64,000 nt of DNA. It comes from Thalia democratica (taxonomy: Eukaryota). Below are positions 26,581 to 39,600 of the stretch, in pieces. Location of the stretch: NCBI GenBank assembly GCA_965202585.1, contig OZ241834.1, positions 248,001-312,000 of the forward strand. Reading direction: 5' to 3'. Each line of letters starts with the position of its first letter. Within the stretch, counting starts at the first letter, position 1. The position numbers and the translations under genes are program-made. The notes below the pieces were generated by a model. It searched no databases, was not told the DNA's origin, and saw only the letters and a program-made list of their open reading frames with translations.

Positions 26581-26900
26581 TCAGGTTATCCTTAGCAGGT
26601 CTTCCCCTTTCTTACAATTTCCTCTTGCTTCAAAATCAGATTTTTTGTTGGCATCTGCAGTATATTTGTCATAGTCTTCATTCAAACATTTGGCCACCAA
26701 AGATTTTACAAATTTTAACATGACAGAACTTAGTTCCACTGTGCTTGGTTTTAGACTATTTCCATATAAATGATCTTTGATCATTCGCTGGGATCTTATT
26801 GTCATCTCTCCAATATCAGTTAATATTAATTACTTATTTAAGCTAAAGCCCCTGTCAACACTTGCCTGGCCATTGAGAAACACAAACACAACCTCAACGA
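26581..26900 (-). pseudogene. C-terminal remnant of a hAT-like DNA transposase
   Basis: The minus strand reads LRKVVEVVFVFLNGQASVDRGFSLNK*LILTDIGEMTIRSQRMIKDH, resembling the GQA.VERGFS dimerisation signature. A CAGGGTTGCCAC-type terminus lies at 27244-27253, so this is an internally deleted derivative. Confidence 0.55.
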
Positions 26901-27794
26901 CTTTTCTTAAATATTTTTACTTGCATAGTTTACCTCAACTTTTATATCTCTAAACTGTTTGTTTTTGTTTAACTTTAGTTATGATAAATATACATTTACA
27001 ACTTAAAAAAAAACTACAATGTTAATTCTAAAAATGTTAAAAAACTAGCCACAAGGCTAAAAAGTTTCAAAATAAGCAGTTAAAAATAAATAAATTTAAA
27101 TATTTTTGAACACAAAATTGCAACTAGATTAACTAAATCTCATTCTAAATCTATAAAAAAGTTCTCTGAAATTTAAAAAAAATCTTAAAACTTACCTGAT
27201 ATTAGAAAAAAATTAAAACTGCCCTAAGTTTCGCTGTGTGTGTGGCAACCCTGTCATTGGCCAAGTTTCAAAAATAAAATTGTTTGTAGTATTAGTTTTT
27301 ACTGTTTGTAACAGACCCAAAATATTTAGCATAAGCTCCTATGTAATGTAACTATTTATCTTAAACCTTTTACTTTCATGGACCACAGTTTTACCTTTTA
27401 TGGGCTGCATCCTATTTAAAATAAAAACTTTGATTTCTGCTCTTGTAGAAGGGGCAACAGAAAAACATGAATGACAATAATAGTAAATTTAAATTCAAGA
27501 GAAAAAATAGTTTTGTGCTTGTAGCAAAACATGGTCTCTATGTTTAATATTAGAATTGTGGGTCGAAAAAAAAAAGTGCTTATTTTTTTAGACAAATTAA
27601 TTACCTATCATTTTCTATTCTAAAGCAAATAAAGTGTTATAAAGTATAAGTAAATTAAATATATTTAAAGAAGCTCATGTGTTTACAAACCTAATTATAT
27701 GTCGATTAATGATCAAAAGGTCATTCTCCACGCTAGTCCATTGACCATAGCTGTATATATTTACACTTTATTTCTTTTAATATTTATGCTATTT

Positions 27795-28828
27795 ATGAGC
27801 ATAAAGTTAATTTTATAGGCAAATTTATTAATTTTTCAAAAAAAAAAACAAAACTTTAATGTCAATTGTTTTCCTTATCTTAAAAGCTATCCAAATTTTT
27901 TTTTAGAGAGCGTACATCTGTCTTTAATTAAAAAAAAAATTGGCTTGGGGTTTAAATTATTTCATGGGGTCCCTTAAAAAATAAAGGTTTTTTTTTCATT
28001 ATTATGGTATTACAACCAAAAGTAATATCTTTTTTTTTATTTATTTTCTTTTTCCCTTATTTAGCATTTTATTTAACTACTTAAGTGTTTATTTTATAAA
28101 TAATGTTAATATCTTTTATGATTTAGCCTCAATCAGGGACCAGATTTGCTTAAACTTAAAAACATAATATAAAAGAAAAAAAAAAGTTAATTAAATTATT
28201 TTACTTTAATTAAATTTGTTGTAGTCCACACTACTATTATTTTTTTTTGCTTTTATATTTTCTTTTTTTTCCTTTATCCTTACAAAATAAGAGGAGAGAC
28301 AAGCAAAATGATGTATATTACACTATCATTTGCCTTGGCCATTTCCTAGTTTAAAAATTGATAAAAGAAAAAAATAATAATAATAGTGTGGATTACAACT
28401 AACTTAATTAAAGTAAAATAATTTAATTAACTTTTTTTTTTTTTTTTATATTATGTTTTTAAATTTTAGCAAATCCGGTCCTTGATTGAGGCTAAATCGT
28501 AAAAGATATTAACATTATTTATAAAACAAACACTTAAAAGGTTAAATAACATGCAAAGTAAGGGAAAAAATAAAAGTTAAAATGAAACAACATTTATTTT
28601 TTGTTATAATACCATAATGAAAAAAAAACCTTTATTTTGGGGGGACCCCATGAAATAATTCAAACCCCAAACCATTTTTTTTCAAGTTAAAGACAAAGGT
28701 GTGTTCTCTAAAATAAAATAAAAAAATTAGACAGCTTTTAAGATAATGAAAATAATTGAAATTAAAGTTTTGTTTTTTTTTTTAATTAATAAATTTGCCT
28801 ACAAAATTAACTTCAAGTTTATGCTCAT
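27795..28828. repeat. ~1-kb foldback: two ~460-bp inverted arms around a ~110-bp spacer
   Basis: Matching pairs include ATGAGCATAAA/TTTATGCTCAT, CATGGGGTCCC/GGGACCCCATG, TTTAGCCTCAATCAGGGACC/GGTCCTTGATTGAGGCTAAA and GTAGTCCACACTA/TAGTGTGGATTAC. No TSD recognised. Confidence 0.85.
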
Positions 28829-29723
28829 CCTTTTTTCATATGTTTATTTTTATTCATGTAGCTTCATGTGTTATGAAAACTTTTGAATACTATAAGTAGG
28901 GAGTTACCCTTAAAAAAAACTTTCAGCTTAGTTTGAAAAAAAATAAAATTTATACATTTAATTAAACAAAAACAATACTTTATTAGTTCGAAAATTTCGA
29001 CACTCATAAGAATTTTTTTTAAACTCAAATAAAAAGTTTTAAATAATTTTAAAATAAAGTCATATAATTTTTGTATCAAAATCTTCACGTGTGCTTTCTA
29101 AAATAAATTTTAAATTTACTCTGCTTTAAAAATTTTTAGAAATATTTAAAATTGGACTTTATATTGAAACTGAGTTTAAAGTGCTACTAAAATCTAAACT
29201 ACTTTTTTTTTTCAATAATTTACATTTTTTGATTTACATATTTTTTTTTAAGTTTCTGTACATAAAATTTATTGAATGAAATATTTCAATATGTTGTTTT
29301 TTGTATTGTATCTAACATTGTTGTTTTTATTGTTGAATCTTTTGACTTAGATCTTTTATTTTTGATATTGGTAGCTTTGTTAGGTTGAAAAAACGTTTTA
29401 ATAGTATTCAATAAGAGTTATGTTCTAACAGCAATGTATATTAATGAAAACCTTTATATATAACTCTAAAATTTATAAAAACTTTTGGTTGGATTTATAA
29501 AAATTAAAAGACTTTTGTTTACTGTTTAAACATTTGTTTTATTTATAAAAGTCATTAAAAAAGTAAAATTGTTAATAGTTTAATTTAATTACTTATATTA
29601 TAAAACTGAAAAATATTTTTTTGTAAAGTGGTGAAAATACACTTAAGGTGCAAATTCTCTTAACATTGTTTATTTCGTTTTAAACTACTTTTTAGTTTAA
29701 AAATTGTCCTTTATTTTGATAAA

Positions 29724-29785
29724 TATTATTACTATTACTATTATTAAAATTATTATTATTGTTATTATTATTATTATTATTATTA
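29724..29785. repeat. Imperfect (TTA)n microsatellite
   Basis: Run of TTA/ATT triplets with a few interruptions. Confidence 0.85.
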
Positions 29786-30282
29786 GTTTATAACTTTTAA
29801 GGTTTGTTTATTTATTTAGACTTTCAAAAAATAACAAAATCAAAAAATAAAAAATAATAGTTTTTTTAAAAAGCTCATTTTACTTTTTAGATAGGATAAT
29901 AAGTTAAAAAAGTTTTTTTTCAAGTTTTAGTCAGATTTTGGTTTATATTTTATATGTTTTTTAGTTTTATTTATTAAAAATATTACAAAAGTTTAGCTTT
30001 TAAGTTTATATATTTATAGTAAAACTGACTAATTAGTATAAATTAAAGTTGGTTTGATAAGACTTACTTGTCACATCAATTAAATAGTTGAATTGAAACG
30101 GATTATAACAAGTTTAAATTACATCGTGGTAACTTTTTTTCATTTCTAAATAAGATTCTTATTTAGTGACAAATAGTAAACAAAACGCTTTCTAGCTAAC
30201 TTGTATTGCTTATTAACTGAATGTTTAAGCTTTTAAATGTAAAGAATCGTTTTTAAATGCTAAAAAATCTCAGATATCGTAA

Positions 30283-30499
30283 GCAGCTGTAGCCTAATGG
30301 TTTAAGCGTTTGACTGGCTTTGATCGATAAAATAAGAGTTCAAGTCTCTCGTCGGATGGATTATTTTGCTAAAATTTATCAAATTTAAATATATATACCC
30401 TTCTAATTCGCTTATAAGCGCTACGGCGTAGCCTTGTGGTTTAAAATTAGGTTCCCCTGCAGTTGGTAAGTGCTGTAGGGTTCGAAGCCAGGAAGCAGC
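30283..30499 (+). other. Two tandem tRNA-derived Pol III heads (probable SINE 5' ends or tRNA pseudogenes)
   Basis: First head: A-box TAGCCTAATGG with B-box GAGTTCAAGTC (30283-30356). Second head: A-box TAGCCTTGTGG with B-box GGTTCGAAGCC (30420-30499). No convincing cloverleaf or acceptor stem. Confidence 0.55.
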
Positions 30500-33286
30500 T
30501 ATTAAATTAAGGCTAATTATATATAAATTAACTCACTAACCTCACGTAAGATAATCAAGTATGATGGGGTGTTTGAACGTCGCGAACTCACTCATTCTGT
30601 TGTACTTCACTCTAATATATAAGTTTATCACTATCTAATTTATATAACTTATATCTAAGTACATAGCTGTGGAATGGTTTCAACTTGTGGGTAGTTGGGT
30701 TTTCGGGAAACATAAAGTTCTGTCGTGTGACTGGCAATGCTGACGAGTGTTGTCAGGAGCATGGGGTGGTATAAGGTTTGGTAAGGTTAACTTACGTCGT
30801 AGTTGTAGAGGCAGAACTTTTGTACTTTTTATTTCTTTCATTTTTTTAAAGCTGTTTTTATCTTCTTATTCTCAAAAAAAAACAAAATTTGCATTTTTAT
30901 TCTGTGCAGCTTCTATTAATGCAACTTTTTATTTTAGCAAAGACGAAGAAACAATAAAGGTAAATTTTAAACAATTTAATACCTGTTTTTTATTTTCGTT
31001 CTAAAAATAATAAAGTTTCTTTTGTTTAAGTTCTAATACTTCTTTTTAAACAACTTAAACTAAAATAGTAAATATTTACAACTTAAAAATATTGCTTCTT
31101 TTGCTAAAAATTATATTTTAAGATCATCATTAAGATAAGTTTTACGATATAGTAAAAGTTTGATTTTATTTATTATGCTTTATAGAATGCTTCATCTTAA
31201 GCTGTGGTAAAAAAAATAACTAAAAAAAGTATGATAATTAAAAAAGTAATACAAAATTAAATTTAGCTTATTATTGTTACTAACTAATAGTTTAATTATG
31301 TGTGCCAGAATAATGAAAAGAATCAAGAATTTCAATAATTTAATTTTTTTTTAAGTTAGGTTAAAGTGATAGAACAAAAACACTGTGTCTAAAATTTTTT
31401 CACATTTGGTTTTTCAACAATATGCTACATGGTAAACTATTCAAGTTTTTGTTTTATTTGCAAGTTTATCAACCTACATTTTAGCTGTTTAAAAAACTAG
31501 CTATATTTTAAGTATGTATTTTATACAAAATAAAAATATAAAATTATATATATTATTTTCTTACATTGGTTATGAACTTTAAAGTACTATACTTCTAAGG
31601 CTTTATAAAATCAGTTCGATAAAAGTAATTATTTTATAATTTTGTTTAGTCGATTAACAGTAGCAAAAAAAAAGTTTTTGGTTATTTTAGTTTCTGTCTT
31701 ACAAAGTTTGTTTTTTTTTAATGGTTGAAGACTTTTGCCAGTTTTTATTTATTTTCATAACCATAGTCCTTGTAAATTTGCTTCATGATTTTTTTTTCAG
31801 CCAACAATATTTGTTTGTTCAACTTGACTAGATAATATTTAGCGGACTAAAAAAACTGCTGGCCAGATTTAAAAAAAGAGTTAGCAAGCTGCGTAACACT
31901 GAGATATTTTTTAAATAAAAAATATTTTTTTAAAGATAATACTGTCATGAAATTTTCATATGACTTACACATATGCTTTACATAAAGTCAACATTTAAAA
32001 ATGATTGCTATTAAAAAGCTTAATTTTTTTTGATTTGCACAAAATGTTTTCAAACTAAATTACAAAATACGTGCCGTAAATTGCCTTTCCTTAATCTGTA
32101 CCAAAAAATTATGAAAATATTATTTTTTATCATTAAGTAGAATTTTAGAACTTTTATTATAAAAATTAAAGAAAAAACCTTAGGGAGTGATGTATCCAAA
32201 AAAATCTTCTATAAGATAACTTTAAGCTCTAAAAACCTAAAAAGTTTAAAAATAAAATTTACAGCTTTTATAAAAATTAAGCACAAGCAATCTTTTAAAT
32301 ATTAATTTTGTTGAAAGTTTAATCAAAGTTTTTACTTTTATCATTCAAAGCACACAGTTTACAATGATATTTGAATTGTTTTTTATTTTTCTGTATCGAT
32401 ACAATTTTTTTTAAAAGAATGCACTTAAAGCAACCAACATTTAACTTTTATCAAAATCACTTAAAAAATAAGGGTTTTCTTCTGAAAATAAACAGTTCAC
32501 TGTCTATTTTGAACAAACTAGTATGCATGCAATAACATTTTGGCTCAATTAGTATCAGCTGTTGTTAACCAAGCAGGCTTTTGTTAACAAAAAAAAATTA
32601 TTTAAGATATAGTTTTACATAAAAAACATGAAATGTTATTTAATTTTATGAAAAATTTCTCGTTTTAAAATATTCGTATAATTTGTTTTAGGTGCAAACT
32701 TGCAACACCTGTTAGAAAAAAAGAAACAACTGCAATTGATAACAATTGATTCTATTGTAAATATAGTTTATATGTAGAAGCATTAGTTTTAGATAGCTGT
32801 TGTATAAAATATCAAGTTAAAAGTTGTTAAAGCTAAATAAAGTGTTAAGTTGGAATTTAAACTGTCATATGCCAGATATTAAGATCTGGAAACATTAAAC
32901 AGTGATAAAAACTCAAACACAGTATTTAATTTTCTAAATCATCTATATAAATATTTCAATATGTTTTAATTTCTATATTTTTTAAATATACTTTAAGTGT
33001 AATTCTCTTCAATTTTCTAAAAAAATGTACTTATCTTTGTTTTTTGATAAATAAATCTTCTTTAATAATTTTATTAGAAATATAAATTTAAATTGTGCAT
33101 TTAATGTTTCTAAACTATATGTGACTTAAAGTTAATAACTATAAAAGGGGTAGGTGCAGAGATGTTAAAATGCTAAAAGTTACTATGGTAATTCAGCAAT
33201 GAAGTGTTTTATTTTTGGTTTGTTTTAAGTTAGTAATTTCACGCTTGAGTAAACAAAGCAGAGCTTTTTAACATGTCTGGGTAGGT

Positions 33287-33983
33287 GTCAAATATGCACG
33301 AAGAGACATTTTTGCACGAGGGGTCACTTTTACAGCTTTATTTGACTTTTTTTTTTTTTGCAGCTTTATTTTATATATTTATTGTTAATTTTTTTTAATG
33401 ATTATAGCTTTAATTTATTTTCGCTTATGTTTTAATAATTTGAAATAAGTCTATAGTAGATTACAAATTCTTAAACATACTGTTAAAAAGTAAACTTCTA
33501 TTTTTTTTTTATACTTTTTTAACTCATATAAAATATTAAACTATTTGCTAAAATTATTGATAAATGAAAAACTTAAAAACATTTCAGATAGAAACTATAC
33601 CTTTTGATGTAGAGTTCAATATATATTTTATGTGTATATAATGTTAGGTATATGTGTGTATAAAAGTTATTTTAGTTTTTTGATACTTAAAAAAAATTAA
33701 TGTTGTAAAGTTTAATAGTTTTAATTTTTATAGAATTTTTTATTTTAAAGTTTAAACTTTGACTGCTAAGATTTTTTTTCTTTTTTTCATTTGTAGCTCA
33801 TTATAATTTCAATTAAATTGGGTATGCAACTCGATGACCGAGAGGTCTTTTTGCGTATCTAGGTCCTTAAACTAGAACAATTTGAGCAGTTTTTCGTCTT
33901 TGTTCAATTAACCATTAAACGTAGACACTTTTGCACGGGTAAAATTAATCTTATTTATTTTTATTTTCTTTTTTTTTTACCTT
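33287..33983. mobile_element. Left part of a TTGCAC-type foldback element interrupted by the ERV
   Basis: GTCAAATATGCACGAAGA (33287-33304) is the exact inverse of 47855-47872; GACACTTTTGCACGGGT near 33925 resembles the inner left arm of 21212-21680. Confidence 0.55.
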
Positions 33984-35272
33984 TGTAGGACACTTGTGCA
34001 AAATCTTATTTTGCCTTGTGTCCAAATTTTTATAATTTAAAGGAATTAATGTTTTTCACTTGATATTATATTTTTTCCTTAAAAAAGAAAACACTGAATA
34101 AATATAGTAAAACTGATTTCCGAAGAAAAAACTATTTTTCACAAACAAAATAAGTGCTAGTTAAAATGATTGTTGTCTTTGATTTCTTGATTAAACTGGA
34201 AATTGCTGTTCATGGGTGTGGCTAAGGGAAAATGAGAGAATAAAATGAGAGATCAAGTGATCTACAGTCCAAAGTCCAGGAAAATGAGAGAATAAAATGA
34301 GCGTGATTTATGGAAAATTCTAGAAAAAGAATTCAAAATCTATAAATACGCCCGATCAGAGCATGAAGCGGGCAATCCACCACGAAACAAGCACGAAGCG
34401 ACACTCTGCTCCGCAAAAGAAATAACATCGTCAATCTTCAAGCAAGGAGATTTCAACAATTACCTAATCGAAGAAGCCCACGCATTCTGTGGCATCGAGA
34501 ATTTAAGTACTGGAAGTACTCTTTCATCAAATACTCTAAGTTGGACTCCACGATTGAGTCGCAGCGTTCAATCAGATTAAAGTGTACATTCATCTCAGCA
34601 AGTAAACCCACACAGACTGGGCGCCAACCTTAGCTACACTTCTACAAACAAGTTGTTTTCATACTGTTTGATTCTATCGTAATGTTTATATATATTCATA
34701 TTATCATATATACTCACTATTGTATTTGCATTGTAATATTTATATTTATATCACCGCATTTATTCACTATTGTATTTGTATTGTAATATTTATACATATT
34801 TATATCATCGTGCCTATTTAGTATCGTATTTTATCGCCACGCTCTGCTTACGGAAAGGAAAGGAAAACAGACCACGCAACGTTTAGCAAGATTCTGCAAA
34901 CGAGACGGACCAACGTCGAGTGCCAGAAGCTGAGCGAACGGAGACCAGTGACACGCCAAAGGGGGAATCCGGAGCACGTTTCCTTCTATTTGTTAACATT
35001 AAGTGTCTAAACTTATTGTGAGCTGTCATTGCGTATTTGTACATAATAAACCAATATTATTTAGTTTCATTATATTTAGTTAAATAATTATATAATTATG
35101 TCCTTAAAACCCTTAAAAAAGGCATTAGTCCTGAAGGTACCCAGAACTCGGTCCAGAACCGAAATAAGTTGTTCCGAGACTACTGCTAACCTAGAATCCG
35201 ATGAGATTGTTGAGACTGAAACCGAGGCAATTTCGAAGGAAAACAGTGAGGCTCCTAGTCTGGGTAACAATA
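33984..35272 (+). repeat. 5' LTR of family A (1289 bp)
   Basis: Starts TGTAGG; identity with the 3' LTR ends at ...GGGTAACAATA; TATAAA at 34341 and AATAAA at 35045; internal tandem GAAAATGAGAGAATAAAATGAG and a ~55-bp duplication. Confidence 0.97.
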
Positions 35273-36648
35273 ATGGCGTCCTCCGAAGCGAACATCCGCC
35301 AACCACAGAAGACAACACTAAAAAAATTATCGAATTAACTAAATTAGTAGAAAATAGTAACAAAGTAATAGAAGATAAATTTAATACTATTTTAAAAACA
35401 ATTTTTATACAGAATTCTCAATCATCGAATATCCCTACAAATACCGAGGTAAGTACAATAAATAATCTTAACTCACATATAAATTTAACAGATCCTGAAA
35501 AAATACAACCAACAATGACAACAGAGGCGGTATCGACATTACCTACCAACAAAATCCAGACACCAATTCCATTATCAAGCCATGCGTCCAAATCTTGCAC
35601 AATACCAAGCAATTACAATTCAATTTTAAACGTTGACCAGTCAAACGAAAGAAATGGAAGTCAACCACAAGATAATAACCAGTCGATCGCACAGTTACAA
35701 AGGCAAATTGACAACCTCCAAAAGACAATAAACCAAAATCCTGTCCACGAACGTATAACAACCCAACCTAACACCAACCACATTTTTGGCAACCACGATC
35801 CGATACCCAGAAATCAACACTTCCAGCAAACAGTTAATTCGAGGCTATCAAATAGCATTTCTGATAAAGCATTCAGAAAAATTTCATGGGAAAGACCAAG
35901 AAAGGAGTTGAGCCTCTTCGAGGTTCAATGTAAAAGCCAAGGATTTTTTGATGATCAAACACAATTTGAAATTATTATCGGAATCTGGCCAATTAATGAC
36001 GTACTTTCTTACGTAAAAGCTGGCAAACCATCTAGTTATATCTGTTTTAAACAAGAAATCTTAAGTATGACCCCATGTTTGCCAGACATACTTAAACCTC
36101 CACCTATCTGGAGCAGCACTCCAACCTTTAAAGATATCCATCAACTAATATCAAAAGGTCTTACATGCTCTCAAGATGACCTTTACAAACATTTGGCACT
36201 GATTTATTGCCCGAAATGGGCTAGTAACATTCTAAAAAAAGACCTTGAATTACAAATTGATAAGTTCAAAGGTCGGGTTATGTGGACTCTTGAACAAGGC
36301 CCAATTGATTTGAAAACAAACTACAACAATAGAAAATCAAACAGCCAGTATAATTTTAATGACAAATTTCACAACGCATTCAACCAACAACAAAACCAAA
36401 ACTTTTCAAATTATAACCAGAACAGATACAATCAAGCACAAAACTATAGACCAAATCTAAACCAGTTTGATAATAAAAATAATAACAGGTGTAGTTATCA
36501 CGTTAGGTTCGGTGAAAAATCCAATAATTGTGAAGGCCAACAATGCGATATGTACCAACAATTTTTAGAAAAAAAATTAAGCTTTCTCAAAAATAAACCT
36601 GCAGCAGTTAACATGTCAATAATACAAGATATTTCGAATGCTGAATAA
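35098..36648 (+). CDS. gag: Gag-like protein (516 aa), initiating inside the 5' LTR
   Basis: Intact ORF with a coiled-coil (IAQLQRQIDNLQKTI), an N/Q-rich tract and RCSYHVRFGEKSNNCEGQQC, the CxYHxxFG..C knuckle of gypsy Gags. Confidence 0.88.
   Translation: MSLKPLKKALVLKVPRTRSRTEISCSETTANLESDEIVETETEAISKENSEAPSLGNNNGVLRSEHPPTTEDNTKKIIELTKLVENSNKVIEDKFNTILKTIFIQNSQSSNIPTNTEVSTINNLNSHINLTDPEKIQPTMTTEAVSTLPTNKIQTPIPLSSHASKSCTIPSNYNSILNVDQSNERNGSQPQDNNQSIAQLQRQIDNLQKTINQNPVHERITTQPNTNHIFGNHDPIPRNQHFQQTVNSRLSNSISDKAFRKISWERPRKELSLFEVQCKSQGFFDDQTQFEIIIGIWPINDVLSYVKAGKPSSYICFKQEILSMTPCLPDILKPPPIWSSTPTFKDIHQLISKGLTCSQDDLYKHLALIYCPKWASNILKKDLELQIDKFKGRVMWTLEQGPIDLKTNYNNRKSNSQYNFNDKFHNAFNQQQNQNFSNYNQNRYNQAQNYRPNLNQFDNKNNNRCSYHVRFGEKSNNCEGQQCDMYQQFLEKKLSFLKNKPAAVNMSIIQDISNAE
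35274..35288 (+). promoter_or_regulatory. Primer-binding site
   Basis: TGGCGTCC begins 1 nt after the LTR. TGG complements the tRNA CCA end; the first 8 nt fit a tRNA-Asn-type GGACGCCA 3' end (tRNA identity is inference). Confidence 0.6.
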
Positions 36649-39600
36649 AGTGAAAATTCCACTCAAGACAAACCAACAAACAGTAATAAAGTAGATGAAT
36701 GCATTACTAATGACAGAAATAATGAGGAAATTAAACAAGAAACAAACGAAATAGATGATAAATTCATTAAAAGGAAATTGCCTTATGAAACAAAACTAAA
36801 AAACAATACTGAACTATTAATAATTGCCGACAATGAAACCTCTGTACAATATCTTTTCGATACTGGTGCAGAAGTTTCGATTATACCCAAATCCATGGTT
36901 GACACATATGAAAAGGACAAGTCAGCGCCTAATATATGCGACATAAATGGCAAAACATCTAAAGCATTAGGTTATTCAATGAAGTACGTTAAAATTGGCC
37001 TGAAACCGGACCTGCCACATTCTTTCTACGTAAAAGACACAGATATTCCTTTTGCAATTCTAGGTTTAGATTTCATAATTAAACATACATTAACAATAAT
37101 ACCACAAGAAAAAACTATCGTACAAGGTGATTCAGGAGTTAAACTGAAATTAAAACAGCTAACTACTCCTGAAACAAAAACGAAAATAGAAGTAGAAAAT
37201 CTCCTAAATCTTTTTCCTGAAATCGACAAAGAACCAAACTACAAAGAAAAGCCCAAGCACAACCATGTCTTAGATATAAAACTTGAAAAAGAATTTTCAC
37301 CCCGACACCAAAGAGTAAGGAAAACTAACAAAACTATTTCAAAGGAAATAGAAGATAAATTTGATAAATTACTCAAACAAGGGGCGGTAATAAGAGGCAT
37401 TTCTGAAATAGTCTCACCTTTAACTGTAGTCAGAAAAAAGAACGGAAAGCCAAGGGTATGTGTGGATTACCAATATATTAACCAATACACTAAAATAATG
37501 AGCTACCCTTTACCAAATATTGACGATCTTTCTTCTATTATACCAGTCAACTCTAGAGTTTTTTCAACACTCGACCTGAGAGAAGCATACTTAATCTTCC
37601 CTTAACTTACCGAGCACAAAAAGTAGCAGCCATGATTTCTCAATATGGCACATTTTTGCCGTTAAGAACAACCTTCGGCCTTAAGAATGCCCCAATGGCA
37701 TTCCAAAGGCTTATGGATGACATAATGGCTCCATGCCATAATTTCAGCTTTACATACATAGATGACATTATAATTTATTCGAAATCAATGGAAGAACACA
37801 TGCAACATCTGTTTGAAGTATTGTTTCAACTTAACAAATTTGGATTGCATATCAATAGGGAAAAATGTAAATTCGCCGCTGAAGAAGTTCAATACCTTGG
37901 ACACATACTGAGTAGCAAAGGTTTCTATATGCAACAAAGTAAAGTTGAAGCTATCGCAAACTTCCAAACCCCACAAACCATCAAACATTTGCGGTCCTTT
38001 CTTGGCTGTCTAAACTACTACAACAAATTCGCTCCGAAACTGGCAGAAATACTTCAACCATTATATAAATTAACAACAGGAGAGCTAAAAAATTCTAGAA
38101 AAAAGTTAATCTGGGAAACTGAACACCAAGCAGCATTTGAAAAAGCTATACAAACTCTAGTTTCGGCCACTCATCTCTCTTATGAAGACCCAAAAAAAGA
38201 ACTAGTTCTTTCTACAGACGCATCCTCTACTCGTATTGGAGCCGTCCTAGAACAAAAGCATGAACCAGGAATTTATAAACCCTTGGCATTTTTTTCAAAA
38301 AAACTACCAGTCCTTAAATCAGTAAGATCCGTATTTTTCAGAGAACTCACAGGTCTTTATCTGAGTATTAAACATTTTAAGGTCAGAATCATAGGAAGAC
38401 AGCTTCGGGTAAGAACAGACCATAGAGCCTTGGTAGATGCTATTAACAATGCTACGGGAAATCATTCACCAAAAGAAGAAAAATATATTGCTATAATAAA
38501 AGAATATGCCCCCTTGATGGAATTTATTCCGGGCGATCAAAATACAACAGCTGACTTATTAAGCCGTCCGGTACTCGTTGCATACAACGATAAAAACTCA
38601 GAAGAAGAGGAAGAAAACAGTGGAGAAATTGATGTTAACGATAAAACAATAAATTCGAATTATGATTTAGACCAGGAAATCACACAAGCTGAATCAGAAT
38701 CTAATCAATTTATTCCCTTAAATATTCAGATAATTTCAGAAACGCAAAGCCAAGCCAATGTACATTTTTACCTTCATAGCAAACTCTCAAAAGCAACAAA
38801 ACCCGATCATTTTTGAGTCTAGATTGATAGATGATTGTGTAGTACAAGGTATCATTGAAACAAAAACCCATAGTTTTCGTATATGGGTTCCGCCCAAATT
38901 AAGATCTAATATCTTGAATCAAAATCATAACATCTTACACCAAAGAATTGATAAAACTTTAACAGCAGAAGGATCTAATTTCTGGTGGCCAAAAATGAAA
39001 AAATATATTGAACTCTTTGTAAAAACTTGTATAACATGCCAAAAAGTGAAGGTAAGGAAATATAATAGACCTAAATTAGGTTGTTACCCAAAATCACTTG
39101 GAAGATTTGACTATGTTCATGCAGACTTGGTAGGACCTTTGGTTGAATCTCAAAACATGAAATATATACTTACCATTAAAGAACGGTATACTGGTCTTTT
39201 TGCATCATGTCCCTTACCCAACAAAATGGCAGAGACCGTAAAGAACGCGTTTCTCCAAAATTGGATTGGTCATTATGGCATACCATGTACAATAGTTACA
39301 GATAATGGCAAAGAATTCTTTAACCATCATTTCGAAACTATGTGTTCGGATCTATCTATCAAACATAATCTCACCGCGCCATACCACCCTGAAACCAACG
39401 GAATGGTAGAAAGACAACATAGAGAGTTAAAAACGGCCTTAAGGACATTGAAGAATAAACTTAACTGGGTGCAACATCTTCCTATTATCACTCTAGCTCT
39501 AAACAATCAGAGCATTGGTCGTAAAGGATTTAGCCCTGCTCAATATACTTTTGGAACACCCTTAAATATTCCTGGAAAGTTATTCTTTCCGAACACAAAC

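Noticed and set aside
25793-27253. Complete hAT element with defined ends around the transposase remnant
   Set aside because: The candidate left end (CAGAGGCTCC) matches the right end poorly and no 8-bp TSD is seen, so only the remnant is reported.
30283-30499. Functional tRNA genes
   Set aside because: A and B boxes are present but acceptor and anticodon stems do not form convincingly; treated as tRNA-derived.
21133-31004. Short ORFs at 21133, 21210, 23078, 24559, 25872, 28864 and 30747
   Set aside because: F/K/I/L-rich translations of AT-rich or repeat DNA with no domain evidence.
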